Origin: Nemertoderma westbladi
Lineage: Eukaryota; Animalia; Xenacoelomorpha
Assembly: GCA_032718475.1 (NCBI GenBank)
Contig: JAUCBJ010006842.1
Coordinates: forward strand, 124,001-188,000
Direction of reading: 5' to 3'
DNA: 64,000 nt
Shown here: positions 63,011-64,000 of the stretch, one piece after another
Numbering within the stretch: position 1 is the stretch's first letter
How the letters are laid out: each line of letters starts with the position of its first letter
Notes under the pieces: model-generated
Told to the model about the DNA's origin: nothing
The model's database searches: none
The model's input: the letters and a program-made list of their open reading frames with translations, nothing else
Program-made: the position numbers and the translations under genes

Positions 63011-64000
63011 GGTGGTTAAACACCAAAAATCACAAATTTATTCAAAAATTTTATTTTGGTTTATATTAGTTCAAAATTTTCCAGTGATTCCAAATATCAC
63101 ATTGCCATCGTTTGAAAGTTCACCATTCAAAAGTTATGAAGCGATATTGAAACTACGTTCCGCTAAAAATACTACAAAAATATTGTGTTTCTCCTTTTTC
63201 TAAGATGCTTTTGTAGATACATATCAACTAAAGTTGTTTAATGGAGGGAATGAGCGCCAAATTCAAAAACGTTGTTGGTCACTTTTGATTGTGCTTCAGC
63301 TTGTGTCAGACAGTGCAGCTGTACTTCTTTAGGCTACCATAGTCTACTCAATTGCTAGGTCCTATACTGAGACAGTACCGGTGTCGTACAGACTTGTGGA
63401 TTAGAAATGCCTCGCAGTAAAAGAGTTTACAAGAGTCACAAGTTTATGGGTAATCAGCACATAAAGTTAGACAAAGGTGAGTTCATGTAATTTGCTTATC
63501 AATTACCGGTACCGGTACTGTAATTACTATTTACCAAATCTAGGATTGAATATTCCTAGAATGGTTGGCTGACCTAATAGGCCTATATAAAACGAAATAG
63601 GCTGAATTGTCTGTTTGAGTATACACACCTTTAGGCTGTCTGGTTTACTGACTGCTAACCCTAATTGCACCATCCCACAGCATGATGGCCAAAAATGTAA
63701 TAGGCCCCATATATAGATAGTTGGGGTAAGTAGAACCTTTCAGGGGGTGACGTTATAGCGGATCAGTGGCAAGCAGTTTTTTTATATCTCTAGACTCCGC
63801 AAACTGTAACCCTAAATGAAATTAATGGCTACTGCCGGGCTACTGATACAGCATATGACTTTATGAGGTTTCATATTTTTGTATTAGGCCTACCTAGACA
63901 TTTTTGTTTACTTTTAGGTGCTGGATCTAGTTCTGTTGCTTGTGAAACACCTACAAATACGCCTAAAAAAAGTGTTCAAAGAACAAGTGCTAGTAAACTA
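63011..64000 (+). mobile_element. Left end of a Kolobok-like DNA transposon
   Basis: TTAA|GGTGG terminus interrupts a copy of the 3788-4030 family and is followed by a spliced transposase-like gene. The other end is outside the window. Confidence 0.55.
63407..64000 (+). CDS. Spliced gene start (exons 63407-63476 and 63918->64000), probable Kolobok-type transposase N-terminus
   Basis: MPRSKRVYKSHKFMGNQHIKLDK-G|gtgagt...cttttag|GT-AGSSSVACETPTNTPKKSVQRTSASKL. Splice sites are consensus and phases match. Confidence 0.6.

Overview
Eukaryotic DNA, apparently from an animal. It is AT-rich, intron-containing and dominated by transposable elements, with no operons, rRNA or CRISPR. Main contents: (1) a ~12 kb decayed BEL/Pao LTR retrotransposon (18.3-30.9 kb) lying between two blocks of one 68-bp tandem repeat. 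After its integrase it carries an extra, disrupted ~870-codon ORF with a WRN/Mut-7/RNase D-like DEDDy 3'-5' exonuclease and CCHC zinc knuckles. (2) An intact 1329-aa CRE-like RLE non-LTR retrotransposon ORF (41096-45085, -) with an N-terminal Ulp1/SENP (C48) protease. Its stop codon lies 18 nt from the terminal exon of a TRH-receptor-like GPCR. (3) A ~5.4 kb 29-bp satellite in which most monomers hold a perfect AP-1 site. (4) A divergent rhodopsin-family GPCR gene (52826-53920, -). (5) The start of a spliced Kolobok-like transposase at the right edge. (6) Many LINE fragments (RTE, L2, RTEX-like), MITEs and tandem repeats. All calls come from motif recognition by eye; no searches were run, and most element boundaries are approximate.
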